Below are positions 28,210 to 37,101 of a DNA stretch of 64,000 bases, piece by piece. Below the pieces are notes generated by a model that was given only the letters and a program-made list of their open reading frames with translations, did not search any database and was not told the origin of the DNA. Source of the DNA: a virus; IMG/VR virus record IMGVR_UViG_3300001533_000699; one strand, 5' to 3'. A program made the position numbers and the translations under genes. The stretch's first letter is position 1, and every line of letters begins with the position of its first letter.

Positions 28210-28650
28210 ATGATAGTATATCTAGCATTTGATGGTGGTGGTAATGCACAAATTACACCATGTTATGCCTATACGTTGAAGATGGATGATAAGGTTGTAG
28301 GTCAAGGATATGGCGTATGTCATGATGAAAAACCAACTAGCAATGTTGCTGAATGGTCAGGATTATGGCATGGCCTTATGGCGGTTTGGCCACATATAAT
28401 AACACAGAGTAGATATTCAGACATAAAAGGTTTAGTATTATGCGGAGATAGTCAATTGGTGTTGAATCAACTGACCGGTGCTTACGGTATAACAAAACCA
28501 CATCTACAATTTTATCATGCTAAGTGCGTAGCGTTAGTCGAAAGAATTAAGCAGGAAGGTGTGCCTGTCACAATTAAATGGGCGGGTCGCGATACTAATA
28601 AGGTCGCGGATAAACTCACACACACAGCCAGAAGCATATACAAGGGTTAA
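28210..28650 (+). CDS. RNase HI-like protein
   Basis: FDGG, TSNVAEW.GL..GL, GDSQLV.NQ..G.Y, W..R..NK.AD.L. Confidence 0.85.
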   Translation: MIVYLAFDGGGNAQITPCYAYTLKMDDKVVGQGYGVCHDEKPTSNVAEWSGLWHGLMAVWPHIITQSRYSDIKGLVLCGDSQLVLNQLTGAYGITKPHLQFYHAKCVALVERIKQEGVPVTIKWAGRDTNKVADKLTHTARSIYKG

Positions 28651-28661
28651 AGCCAACATAT

Positions 28662-28745
28662 GGCGATGTGGCGAAATTGGTAAACGCACCACGCTTAGAA
28701 CGTGGCGGACGAAAGTCCTTGCAGGTTCGAATCCTGTCATCGCTA
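28662..28745 (+). tRNA. tRNA-Leu(TAG)
   Basis: CCACG-CTTAGAA-CGTGG; variable arm. Confidence 0.92.
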
Positions 28746-28875
28746 CTTACTATAACTAAACCAAAATGAAAAACAATGTTAAGTAACTATAAACATATAC
28801 GTATATTAGTGTCTTTACTCAAACAATATAACGAGAGAAGTTTATACAGGAGATTTAAGTGCGACATACATCGAT

Positions 28876-29196
28876 GTGATGATACACGCCAACGACATAA
28901 TGAATATAATACAACGTATGATAAACGCCAAATTTGTTTTGACTAACAGTCTACATTGCCTAATATTGTGTATAGCTTATAAGGTGCCATGCGCTGTAAT
29001 TATACGTGAAAATGAGAAATTAAACATGCCGGATAAATGGTTAGATGTATTTTCTACACTCAACACGGATTTTGTTACTGTTAAATCTATGACAGAAGGA
29101 CAGCAATGGTGGAAAAAACACGGACAATATATTCGACCACCCAAAGATGTCGAATGCGCCTACGAACTAAGTAAAAATTTAGCGGCTGTGGTGTAG
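28876..29196 (+). pseudogene. C-terminal fragment of a polysaccharide pyruvyltransferase-like gene
   Basis: A.FVLTNSLH.LI...AY.VP, KW.D motifs; N-terminal part absent. Confidence 0.5.
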
Positions 29197-29252
29197 AGGT
29201 AGCACGTTAGCTTGCCAAGCTGGAGGTGGCAGTTCAAGTCTGCTCAGTCGCA
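29182..29252 (+). tRNA. tRNA-Gly(GCC)
   Basis: TTAGC-TTGCCAA-GCTGG. Confidence 0.88.
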
Positions 29253-29394
29253 CTTGACATTTGAAAAAATTGTGTTATGACAATAGCATACAACGAGGCA
29301 CCTTTCCTGCTTATGTTTGGAGTAAAACAATGACACGCAACACCTTATCCAATAGATGTAGTAATATGTATTAGTTTACAAATTAACTATCTCT

Positions 29395-29955
29395 ATGGGG
29401 TATAACATGAAGAATAAGACTAAGCACCAAAAGTTTTATCGATGCCCACGTACAACACAAGAGCGTCGTATTAACGGTAAGCGTAGTGAATATGGCAGAG
29501 CAAAACGAAATCAATCAAATTTAGTTAATGCTTATTATGATAAGCCTACTTGCGTACAAAAGACCTGGAAAGTCAAACGTAAGCATCAATATAGAGTAGA
29601 TGGTCGTGGTAAAAAATATCAAATCACTATAAATCCTAAAGGGTTACTTAGTGATTGGTTATTGAAACAATGGTTTGATGAGCACGATATTCCGTGTCGT
29701 TTAATACCAATATACAAATTACTGCGTAGTAAGCCACATAAACAGCGTATTAAGTATGTAGAAAGATACATAGAAAAGTATATCACGCATTATGATGGAA
29801 CTGTAGAACATTATCAGCATCCAGTACATGGATATAAATACATTCAACCAAGAGAATATGTGTATAGACATCTTATTGGATATCAACTAACTTGGTGGTG
29901 TCATAAGGACATAGATATTGATAACCTACTACGTTCATTGAGTTTGGAGGTCTAG
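29395..29955 (+). CDS. basic hypothetical protein
   Basis: YR.PRTTQERR...RAKRN...L...Y.D.....K.WK..RK.QY phage motif. Confidence 0.6.
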   Translation: MGYNMKNKTKHQKFYRCPRTTQERRINGKRSEYGRAKRNQSNLVNAYYDKPTCVQKTWKVKRKHQYRVDGRGKKYQITINPKGLLSDWLLKQWFDEHDIPCRLIPIYKLLRSKPHKQRIKYVERYIEKYITHYDGTVEHYQHPVHGYKYIQPREYVYRHLIGYQLTWWCHKDIDIDNLLRSLSLEV

Positions 29956-30022
29956 TGTATGCTGGTGTGCACGGCGGCTTGAAGTACCGCAGGTCTTGAG
30001 GGTTCGATTCCCTGGGCCTCCA
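29946..30022 (+). tRNA. tRNA-Phe(GAA)
   Basis: GGAGGTC/GGCCTCC acceptor; loop TT-GAA-GT; some mismatches. Confidence 0.72.
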
Positions 30023-30023
30023 C

Positions 30024-30051
30024 TTGACAATTGTAAAGATTGTGCTATAAT
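30024..30051 (+). promoter_or_regulatory. promoter TTGACA-N16-TATAAT
   Basis: Perfect hexamers upstream of tRNA-Asp / Y RNA / tRNA-Val. Confidence 0.7.
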
Positions 30052-30067
30052 CAAAATAGAAGTACAA

Positions 30068-30142
30068 CCTCCGTTGGTCCAGTCTGGAGTGGACGCTGCC
30101 CTGTCAAGGCAGAGAGCATGGGTTCAAATCCCATACGGGGGG
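30068..30142 (+). tRNA. tRNA-Asp(GTC)
   Basis: CTGCC-CTGTCAA-GGCAG; G73. Confidence 0.9.
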
Positions 30143-30143
30143 C

Positions 30144-30277
30144 TTTGGTGAATGATGTAAGACATACATGCATTGTAAGCCGTATGTGTAGGTTCAAGTC
30201 CTACTCTCACCGCTTTATGGTGAGATAGCTTAATTGGACAGAGCGACGAAAATTAGTCTTGCTAATTAGTCACCAAA
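30144..30277 (+). ncRNA. YrlA-like Y RNA (Y2) with permuted tRNA-like domain
   Basis: TTTGGTGA/TCACCAAA and GTAAGAC/GTCTTGC terminal stems enclose T arm (30188-30204), closed acceptor hairpin TCTCACC-GCTTTAT-GGTGAGA and D arm (30228-30244). Confidence 0.78.
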
Positions 30278-30279
30278 AC

Positions 30280-30351
30280 GGGCCTATAGTACAATGGTCA
30301 GTGCATATGGTTTACACCCATAAAATGGGGGTTCGATTCCCTCTAGGCCCA
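30280..30351 (+). tRNA. tRNA-Val(TAC)
   Basis: TATGG-TTTACAC-CCATA. Confidence 0.9.
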
Positions 30352-30536
30352 CTTATGACAATGGTTTCAATGGAGAAACAGTTATGAACGACGCACTATA
30401 TATTCAATTCATTGATGAGCGCATCAAAGATGGTGAACTACTGACTGCTTTATTTCACGTTGGTATAGAGGGTATTTTACAAGAATTTGAATGTTGGTTA
30501 CAATCAAATTTCATACTAACACAGAAATAAACATAA

Positions 30537-31262
30537 ATGAAAACTTCTGCCGTATGTTGTATTAGGAATCGCAATAATATTCTAATGCAAACACTACATT
30601 CATGGTTACAACAGACAAAACCATTCGATGAAATAGTGTTAGTACAGTGGGGCGGCAAAGAACAGATACAAGATATAGTTAATGACATAGATACCCGAAT
30701 ACCGATAGCAGTATATGAAGTATTAGACGCTGATAGGTGGATATTAACACATGCATATAATCTGGCTATAAGTTTGTCTAAATATCCAGCTATATATAAA
30801 CTTGATGCAGACTATATGTTGCATCCAAGTTTTACTACACAATACCAAATCGATTACCGACCAAGGTTCTTTGCTGGTAATTGGAGAATGTATCCATCGT
30901 GTAATCAAAACACACGTAATATTAATGGGTGCGTTGTAATAAATCAACAGCTATTTTGGAATGTTGGTGGCTATAATGAACACATAGTAGATTATGGATA
31001 TGATGACAACGACTTGTATGAGCGCCTACAGGCTGCTGGATATTTACGGCTTAACATTAGTTACGGCTTAATCCAACATATACCTCATGATGATACGATA
31101 CGTGCATGTAAACACTCTAACTTACGAGGGCAAATGATTCAACAAAACCAAAAGATAGCTCATTCGCAACGATGGTCAAAAATTAATCAGTGTAGTAGAT
31201 GGTGCGTGAAGCATGTCAGTAATAACCACTATATCGTACGTAAAGTAATAAATGGAAATTAG
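30537..31262 (+). CDS. GT-A glycosyltransferase (GT2/GT7-like)
   Basis: RNR, KLDAD, VGGYNE...YGYDD.DLY.RL, H..H. Confidence 0.82.
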   Translation: MKTSAVCCIRNRNNILMQTLHSWLQQTKPFDEIVLVQWGGKEQIQDIVNDIDTRIPIAVYEVLDADRWILTHAYNLAISLSKYPAIYKLDADYMLHPSFTTQYQIDYRPRFFAGNWRMYPSCNQNTRNINGCVVINQQLFWNVGGYNEHIVDYGYDDNDLYERLQAAGYLRLNISYGLIQHIPHDDTIRACKHSNLRGQMIQQNQKIAHSQRWSKINQCSRWCVKHVSNNHYIVRKVINGN

Positions 31263-31464
31263 CAGGGGATGTGTGTTGGTGAGTGAACTTGGGCAGCTAT
31301 TTGTAGCCATGCATCGCACTCGCATAAATAATAACAACGGATGGAGTGGCATAGGGTTTAATGGTGAGAGTATTGTGTCTCAAAACCCTGAATTTGTATC
31401 TAAGTCTATAAATGTGTATATTAACCAAACATATAGCGATGTTGCAGACGGTTCTGCCGCGTGA
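31252..31464 (+). CDS. hypothetical protein
   Basis: Coupled ORF; end overlaps tRNA-Gln. Confidence 0.45.
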   Translation: MEISRGCVLVSELGQLFVAMHRTRINNNNGWSGIGFNGESIVSQNPEFVSKSINVYINQTYSDVADGSAA

Positions 31465-31506
31465 CTTTGAATCACGTTGTTTAGGGTTCAACTCCTTACG
31501 TCGCTG
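31435..31506 (+). tRNA. tRNA-Gln(TTG)
   Basis: CGTGA-CTTTGAA-TCACG. Confidence 0.82.
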
Positions 31507-31509
31507 CTT

Positions 31510-31578
31510 GCCGACGTAGAGTGGTCTCAACTACACATTGGTAATGTGGGGTTCCCGATTCGATTTCGGGCGTTGGCT
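31510..31578 (+). tRNA. tRNA-Thr(GGT), shortened D arm
   Basis: GCCGACG/CGTTGGC; loop TT-GGT-AA; T arm CCCGA-TTCGATT-TCGGG. Confidence 0.7.
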
Positions 31579-31620
31579 TTGTATAGTTTTTCAATCACAA
31601 TCAGCTAAGGATGTATAGGA

Positions 31621-32253
31621 ATGAACAAAAATCTTACAGACCTAACCATTATCATGGACCGCAGCGGTTCTATGTTTACCTGCCAACAAGAAGCAGAAAA
31701 TGGACTTAATCATCTAATTGAAGAACAACAAAAAGAGACAGGTGATTGCAACTTCACTCTTGTGCGATTTGATAACGAATACGATATTGTTTACGATGGG
31801 GTGCCAATTAAGGATGTGCAACACGTTAAACTAGACCCGCGTGGTATGACTGCGCTGAACGATGCTGTTGGTAAAACCATCAATACGATTGGAGAAAGAC
31901 TAAGCAAGATGAATGAAGAAGACCGCCCTGGCTTAGTGATGGTGGTTATTGTCACGGACGGTGGAGAGAATGCAAGCCAAGAGTTCACCAGCGATATGGT
32001 TAAGCGTATGATTGAGACTCAGCAGAACCAATATCAGTGGAAGTTCACATTTTTGGGCGCGAATCAAGACGCATTCGCAGAAAGTGCTAAGCTAGGTATC
32101 AACCCACAGTTTGCAGCGAATTATGATGTTGGCAAGAGTATGGATACGATGTGTATAGTAAGCCGTAAAATGAGTGATATGAGATTTGCTCATAGTATAG
32201 GACAACCCGTGTCGCACGCATACACAGACAAAGAGCGTAAAGAAATTCAATAA
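31621..32253 (+). CDS. von Willebrand factor A (vWA) domain protein
   Basis: DRSGSM, G.TAL.DA.G, TDG.ENAS, F.FLGANQD. Confidence 0.9.
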   Translation: MNKNLTDLTIIMDRSGSMFTCQQEAENGLNHLIEEQQKETGDCNFTLVRFDNEYDIVYDGVPIKDVQHVKLDPRGMTALNDAVGKTINTIGERLSKMNEEDRPGLVMVVIVTDGGENASQEFTSDMVKRMIETQQNQYQWKFTFLGANQDAFAESAKLGINPQFAANYDVGKSMDTMCIVSRKMSDMRFAHSIGQPVSHAYTDKERKEIQ

Positions 32254-32308
32254 TCTAATTGTGGTTGTTGCTTACCGTTCTACCACTTAACAACTAGAAC
32301 GGTTGCCG

Positions 32309-32391
32309 GGAAGGTAGTGGGAAATGGTGCCCAACAAGGTTTGAACCCTTGGCCACGGTAAAACGTGACCGTTCGATTCGGTTACCTTCCG
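32309..32391 (+). tRNA. tRNA-Ser(TGA)
   Basis: CAAGG-TTTGAAC-CCTTG; variable arm; G73. Confidence 0.88.
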
Positions 32392-32396
32392 CTGTA

Positions 32397-32483
32397 GGCT
32401 AACTAAAGTTCCTGAGTGGAATGTCAGAACAACCTCAATCGGCTGGAAACCGAGAGGCCGGTATAAAGAATTCCATGTTAGCC
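32397..32483 (+). ncRNA. candidate structured RNA with pseudoknot
   Basis: GGCTAAC/GTTAGCC closing stem, two internal hairpins, loop TGGAAT complementary to ATTCCA. Confidence 0.45.
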
Positions 32484-32525
32484 ATTAATGATTTTTAATC
32501 TTAGGATAAAATAAGGATAACGAAC

Positions 32526-33260
32526 ATGACAAAGCTGAATCAAGTGATTGCGTTGGTGAACGGTAAGAAAACCCGTGCCAAGGAAGAACTGACTAAAATA
32601 TACAAGACAGTACAAAAACCAGAGGTGTTTGCTGGTATTTCGCGTGTGTATCAACCTAGCGACGATGAAGGTGAAACTATTCCACCAGAAAAAAAGTTGC
32701 CTCTGTTCACCACTAAACAGATACTGAATTCTGTACAAACAACGCTTACAGACTTGATTGATATTGTGGCAACGCAAGACCATGGTAATACTGAAGCAAT
32801 GGCAGGAATTGTTGTTGATGGTACACTATTAGTAGATAACGTGCCAGTTACGCACTTATTGTTTTTGGAAAAACAGCTTGTAGATATCCACACTTTGATT
32901 GCTGCACTTCCAACACTGGACCCGTCAGAACATTGGATGTATGACGAAAATCGTGGGTGTTATGTTACTGAACCGACACGCACCAACCGCACAAAGAAGG
33001 TGATGCGTAATCACGTGAAGGCTGCCGCGACAGATAAGCACCCGGCACAGGTTGACGTATACACAGAAGACATAAAGGTTGGCGAATGGTCAACCGTAAA
33101 AATGGGCGGGGCACTTCCTGCTGACGAAAAGCGCGATATACTTGAGCGCGTTCGTAAGTTGCAAGACGCAGTAAAAATGGCACGCGAAGAAGCCAATTCA
33201 CATGTTGTGACGCCAATAACTATAGCACCACAGCTATTAACGTACATTATCGGAGCGTAG
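32526..33260 (+). CDS. conserved uncharacterised helical protein (244 aa)
   Basis: KLNQ.IA...G.K, F.GI.R.Y.P..D.GE..P.E, VPVT.LLFLEKQL, AT.KHPAQV...TED..VG.W, K.ARE.AN; a pattern I recall from bacterial and phage hypotheticals. Confidence 0.85.
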   Translation: MTKLNQVIALVNGKKTRAKEELTKIYKTVQKPEVFAGISRVYQPSDDEGETIPPEKKLPLFTTKQILNSVQTTLTDLIDIVATQDHGNTEAMAGIVVDGTLLVDNVPVTHLLFLEKQLVDIHTLIAALPTLDPSEHWMYDENRGCYVTEPTRTNRTKKVMRNHVKAAATDKHPAQVDVYTEDIKVGEWSTVKMGGALPADEKRDILERVRKLQDAVKMAREEANSHVVTPITIAPQLLTYIIGA

Positions 33261-33411
33261 TCTTAGATTTAGTTTTAGTCTGAATCCTATATACTGTCAG
33301 TGTTGGTTCGAACCCAGCTCCCCTCACTTACATATAATTAGAGGGGGTAGCCCAATTGGTAGAGGCAGGTAAGGTGTTTTAGCTTCAGATTATCGCTCTA
33401 ATCTAAACTAC
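33257..33411 (+). ncRNA. circularly permuted tRNA mimic on a long stem (module A)
   Basis: T arm GTTGG-TTCGAAC-CCAGC, acceptor TCCCCTC/GAGGGGG closed by a loop, D arm GCC-CAATTGGTAGA-GGC; outer stems TAGTCTGAA/TTCAGATTA and TTAGATT/AATCTAA. Confidence 0.75.
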
Positions 33412-33414
33412 TAT

Positions 33415-33569
33415 CGTGTTGTTTAATCAAGTTCATTGATGCATTATTGGAAGATGCTAGTTCGATTCTAGCCCCGACATCTTTAGTAATTTAATGTCGG
33501 GTAGCACAAAGGTAGTGTGGCCACTATAAGTATGACATCAATGATTAAACGGATATCGTAAACAACGTG
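33415..33569 (+). ncRNA. circularly permuted tRNA mimic on a long stem (module B)
   Basis: T arm GCTAG-TTCGATT-CTAGC, acceptor CCCGACA/TGTCGGG closed by a loop, D arm GCAC-AAAGGTA-GTGT; outer stems CATTGATG/CATCAATG and GTTGTTTA/TAAACAAC. Confidence 0.75.
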
Positions 33570-33622
33570 GTTAAGCCGATAGACCCGGACCCCCCTGAAT
33601 GCGATAAGATTGGGGGTCTATT

Positions 33623-33709
33623 GGAAGGTAGCCAAATATTGGTTTGTTGGGCTCGCTTGGAAAGCGAGTTTGTCGAAAGGCGATGAGGGTTCGATTCCCT
33701 TACCTTCCG
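33623..33709 (+). tRNA. tRNA-Ser(GGA)
   Basis: CTCGC-TTGGAAA-GCGAG; variable arm. Confidence 0.88.
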
Positions 33710-33714
33710 CTGAT

Positions 33715-33804
33715 GGAAGATGGCCGAACGTTGGTCAGTCGGGGCTGTTTGCTAAGCAGTTGGTGGTTAATAGCCACCCATAGGTTCGATTCCTATATCT
33801 TCCG
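33715..33804 (+). tRNA. tRNA-Ser(GCT)
   Basis: GCTGT-TTGCTAA-GCAGT; variable arm. Confidence 0.88.
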
Positions 33805-33840
33805 CTCATTATTTATATTATTATTGAATCACAGAAAGCG

Positions 33841-34668
33841 ATGAAGAAATACGTTTTATGCATACCGTCAGGCGGTTTTACTGATACCTTGACGCAAATT
33901 CAACGCTCATGGCATTATTGTCGGGCTCACAACCGCACACTTGTTGTAGACACTATGTGTAGTTCCTGTATGCGTGCTCAATTTAGTACGTATCTTAATG
34001 TAGTCGGTGATGTGGAAGTAATTGGTGAAATAACTAAAGAATTGGTTGAACATCTAAACGAACACGGGCAGGATGTTTATGCAGTTACTGAAGCTAGTTT
34101 TGACCATAATCAGAAGTTTGATGAATATTGTTTAGTAGAACGTACCAGGGGTGGCATGTGGTGGTTTAGCCAACAACAAATTCAAGCTTTTGGTGCATTT
34201 GCTGATAATCTACGCATAGACCCTTTAGTGTCTAAGTATATTCAACAACAACTTTGTAAATTACCGTCAGTATACGACGCTATTCATGTTCGTAATACCG
34301 ACTATCAAACAGATTATAGGTCGTTTTTTAATAAAGTTTTGCCTCAACTAAAAACCGACCATGTCTTGGTATGCTCCGATGATTATGATTGCCTACAATA
34401 CGCCAAGGAATTTTTTCCACAAACGATATTGCAAGTAATAAACCTGACTCCAAACCCAGACAAACCTCGTCATAAAATGATGAATGTAGATTATCATAAA
34501 AGAAATTTGGATTTATTATGTGACTTATTTGCTATGGCAAAATCTCAAAGTTTTTTCTATACTCAGTGTCACAATAATAAATGGAACAAGGGTTTTGCGG
34601 GCTTTAGCATGTTGACCAAGTGCTTACACGATAATCCCAATATTACAAGTAAGATACTACAAGGGTAA
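33841..34668 (+). CDS. NodZ/O-fucosyltransferase-like GT-B enzyme
   Basis: GG..D.L, AIHVRNTD, VCSDD, DLF. Confidence 0.7.
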   Translation: MKKYVLCIPSGGFTDTLTQIQRSWHYCRAHNRTLVVDTMCSSCMRAQFSTYLNVVGDVEVIGEITKELVEHLNEHGQDVYAVTEASFDHNQKFDEYCLVERTRGGMWWFSQQQIQAFGAFADNLRIDPLVSKYIQQQLCKLPSVYDAIHVRNTDYQTDYRSFFNKVLPQLKTDHVLVCSDDYDCLQYAKEFFPQTILQVINLTPNPDKPRHKMMNVDYHKRNLDLLCDLFAMAKSQSFFYTQCHNNKWNKGFAGFSMLTKCLHDNPNITSKILQG

Positions 34669-34673
34669 ACTAC

Positions 34674-35291
34674 ATGAAACTATATACTCATGTGACTGAT
34701 AGTCATAGCAAGATGTTTGAACAATGGTTAAAACCAGGGGCTGAACGAGAATTTGAGTTGTGTGTAGGTACGTCCAAGCAGTATGGCCGTGGGCATTGGG
34801 ACGATGCAGAATGGGGCAAAAACACACGCAATAAAGCCAAGACCATGTTAGATGCAGTATCACACAATCTTGGTGATGTTGTAGTATGGTCTGATTGTGA
34901 TATACAGATTTTAAGACCAATCAAAGATAGGCTATTAGAAATACTGGGCGACCATGATATTGCCGTCAGCCATAACGATAAACACAGCGCATGCTCTGGT
35001 TTTTATATAGTTAAATGTAGTATGGATACACACTCTTTCTTTTATGAAATATATCAAGACGATATTTTTACCAAACACAGAAATGGCTTAACAGACCAAG
35101 CTGTATTTTGTAAGCTGTTACCAACACTCAGCTATACAATGTTACCGCCAGATGAATTTTGGTGTAATAGATTTCCATTACAATTAGATAAAATTAGAGT
35201 TCATCACGCTAATTGGATAAAAGGTGTTGACAATAAAGTGTTAGCATTAGAACATCTATACAAGCAATGGAGCACCCAATGTGTAGAGTAG
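34674..35291 (+). CDS. nucleotide-diphospho-sugar transferase (GT77-like)
   Basis: WSDCDI, CSGFY, DQ..F, HHANW..G...K. Confidence 0.75.
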   Translation: MKLYTHVTDSHSKMFEQWLKPGAEREFELCVGTSKQYGRGHWDDAEWGKNTRNKAKTMLDAVSHNLGDVVVWSDCDIQILRPIKDRLLEILGDHDIAVSHNDKHSACSGFYIVKCSMDTHSFFYEIYQDDIFTKHRNGLTDQAVFCKLLPTLSYTMLPPDEFWCNRFPLQLDKIRVHHANWIKGVDNKVLALEHLYKQWSTQCVE

Positions 35292-36199
35292 TTATTACTG
35301 GTGGAACTGGATTTTTAGGTCGATATGTAACACAAGAATGTCATAAACACGATGAATTTACACACATAATGCCTTTGGGAAGCAAAGACTATGATTTGCG
35401 ACATAGCGAAGACATCAAAAAGATGTTTTATGACTGTTGTCCTGATGTTATAATTCATCTTGCTGCTCAGGTTGGTGGTATTGGCTTAAACAAAGCTGAA
35501 CCAGCAAGGCTGTTTTATGACAACGCCATTATGGGAATAGAGTTATTGCACCATGCGTGGATGGGTGAAGTAAAGAAGCTGGTAAATGTTGGCACTGTAT
35601 GCGCATATCCTAAATACACACGTACTCCATTCAAAGAGAGTGATATATGGAATGGGTATCCTGAAGAAACAAATGCGCCATATGGTCTAGCAAAAAAGAT
35701 GTTATTAGTACAAGGGCAAGCATATCGAGAGCAGTATGGGTTTAACTCCATCTATTTACTGCCTACTAATCTATATGGCCCTGGTGATAATTTTGAACCA
35801 AATAGTTCGCACGTTATTCCAGCGCTTATTAAAAAGATTTACGACGCAATTAAGCAGGGAAGGGATGCTGTTGAAGTATGGGGTACTGGAGAGGCGTCAC
35901 GAGATTTTCTATATGTTGAGGATTGCGCTAAAGGTATAGTTGAAGCAACCTTGAAATACGAGTCAGGCGACCCTGTTAATCTTGGTAGTGGTAAGACTAT
36001 GCGTATTTCTACGCTTGTGTATACAATAGCAGAACTCATGCATTACAACGGTAGTATTGTTTTTAACGCCGACAAACCAGAAGGTCAACCAGCTAGATGT
36101 TTAAATACTTCGCGTGCTAAGACATTTGGGTTTGAAGCTACAACTGATATACATACCGGCTTAGAAAAAACTATACTTTATTATCTTAGGAGGATATAG
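35267..36199 (+). CDS. fcl: GDP-L-fucose synthase
   Basis: TGGTGFLG, HLAAQVGGIG.N, C.YPK, YGLAKK, NLYGPGDNF, SHVIPALI, WGTG...R.FLYV.D. Confidence 0.93.
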   Translation: MEHPMCRVVITGGTGFLGRYVTQECHKHDEFTHIMPLGSKDYDLRHSEDIKKMFYDCCPDVIIHLAAQVGGIGLNKAEPARLFYDNAIMGIELLHHAWMGEVKKLVNVGTVCAYPKYTRTPFKESDIWNGYPEETNAPYGLAKKMLLVQGQAYREQYGFNSIYLLPTNLYGPGDNFEPNSSHVIPALIKKIYDAIKQGRDAVEVWGTGEASRDFLYVEDCAKGIVEATLKYESGDPVNLGSGKTMRISTLVYTIAELMHYNGSIVFNADKPEGQPARCLNTSRAKTFGFEATTDIHTGLEKTILYYLRRI

Positions 36200-36201
36200 A
36201 T

Positions 36202-37101
36202 ATGTTGCTAATTGGGCTTAGAGGCCCCAACGACACTAATTTTGGTGATATAAATATGCGTCGTGTTATTGAAAATGCCATTCATAATACCACCAACGAA
36301 GTTACATATTCTCGTAGAAAGCCGTTCGCTAGAGCAGTAGATTTAGTAATTGACGCCAGCGGCTATGCATATTTTTCTTCTATGGGTCAAGGTAATTTTA
36401 TCAGTGCATTAGAATGTCAGGCCACTACGGGTAACTCTCCTTGGTATTTTATACCCCAAGCATGGGGGCCATTTAAACCAATAGATAAGTCACGTACAGT
36501 ATCTATTACGAGCGGTAATTATGTTTGGGCTCGTGATACAACGTCTTATAGATATTTACGAGATTTGGGTATTCCGAATGTGGTTGCACCAGACATAACG
36601 TTTGCTGACGATACTGACTTTTGTGACAACAAAGAGGATTACGTTGCCATATGTCCAAACACACGTATATCAAATGTAAATTATGTTACGTGGTTACACT
36701 CATTATGTCGCCTGTTTCCTAATTATAAAATTATAGTTGGTGAAAAAAACGACATAGGATTTGCAAAACAGTTTGGTGCAGTTACATCAGATGTAGACGA
36801 CGTTAAAGAAGTATTACGACACGCGTCTTTAGTTATAAGTTCACGTTATCACATATTGCTTTATGCTCTTATGTACGCCACACCAGTTATGTGTGTTGGA
36901 TGGTCTCATAAGTATGATGAACTATTCACAGATATTGGTATCAATAAGTGGATTATTAGCGTAGAAACTACACAAAAAGATATTGATAATTTATATTGTC
37001 GTTCAGGTGAGCAAATAGACAAAATAAAAGCTAGTGTTGGTATATATAAGAAACAAGCAACAAACCTTCTCAATAGCGTGGTGTCTATAAAATTATGTTA
37101 G
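36202..37101 (+). CDS. polysaccharide pyruvyltransferase family (WcaK-like)
   Basis: N.GD, PQAWGPF, ARD..S, APD..F, SRYH....AL, GWSHKY. Confidence 0.82.
   Translation: MLLIGLRGPNDTNFGDINMRRVIENAIHNTTNEVTYSRRKPFARAVDLVIDASGYAYFSSMGQGNFISALECQATTGNSPWYFIPQAWGPFKPIDKSRTVSITSGNYVWARDTTSYRYLRDLGIPNVVAPDITFADDTDFCDNKEDYVAICPNTRISNVNYVTWLHSLCRLFPNYKIIVGEKNDIGFAKQFGAVTSDVDDVKEVLRHASLVISSRYHILLYALMYATPVMCVGWSHKYDELFTDIGINKWIISVETTQKDIDNLYCRSGEQIDKIKASVGIYKKQATNLLNSVVSIKLC

Noticed and set aside
30147-30212. Conventional tRNA-Thr/Tyr
   Set aside because: The acceptor pairing is imperfect and the anticodon arm poor; the 3' strand pairs perfectly with downstream 30219-30225, favouring the permuted YrlA-like fold.
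33341-33480. Single tRNA with a large anticodon intron (5' half of module A plus 3' half of module B)
   Set aside because: GAGGGGG cannot pair with CCCGACA; each half pairs within its own module and no anticodon loop can be reconstructed.
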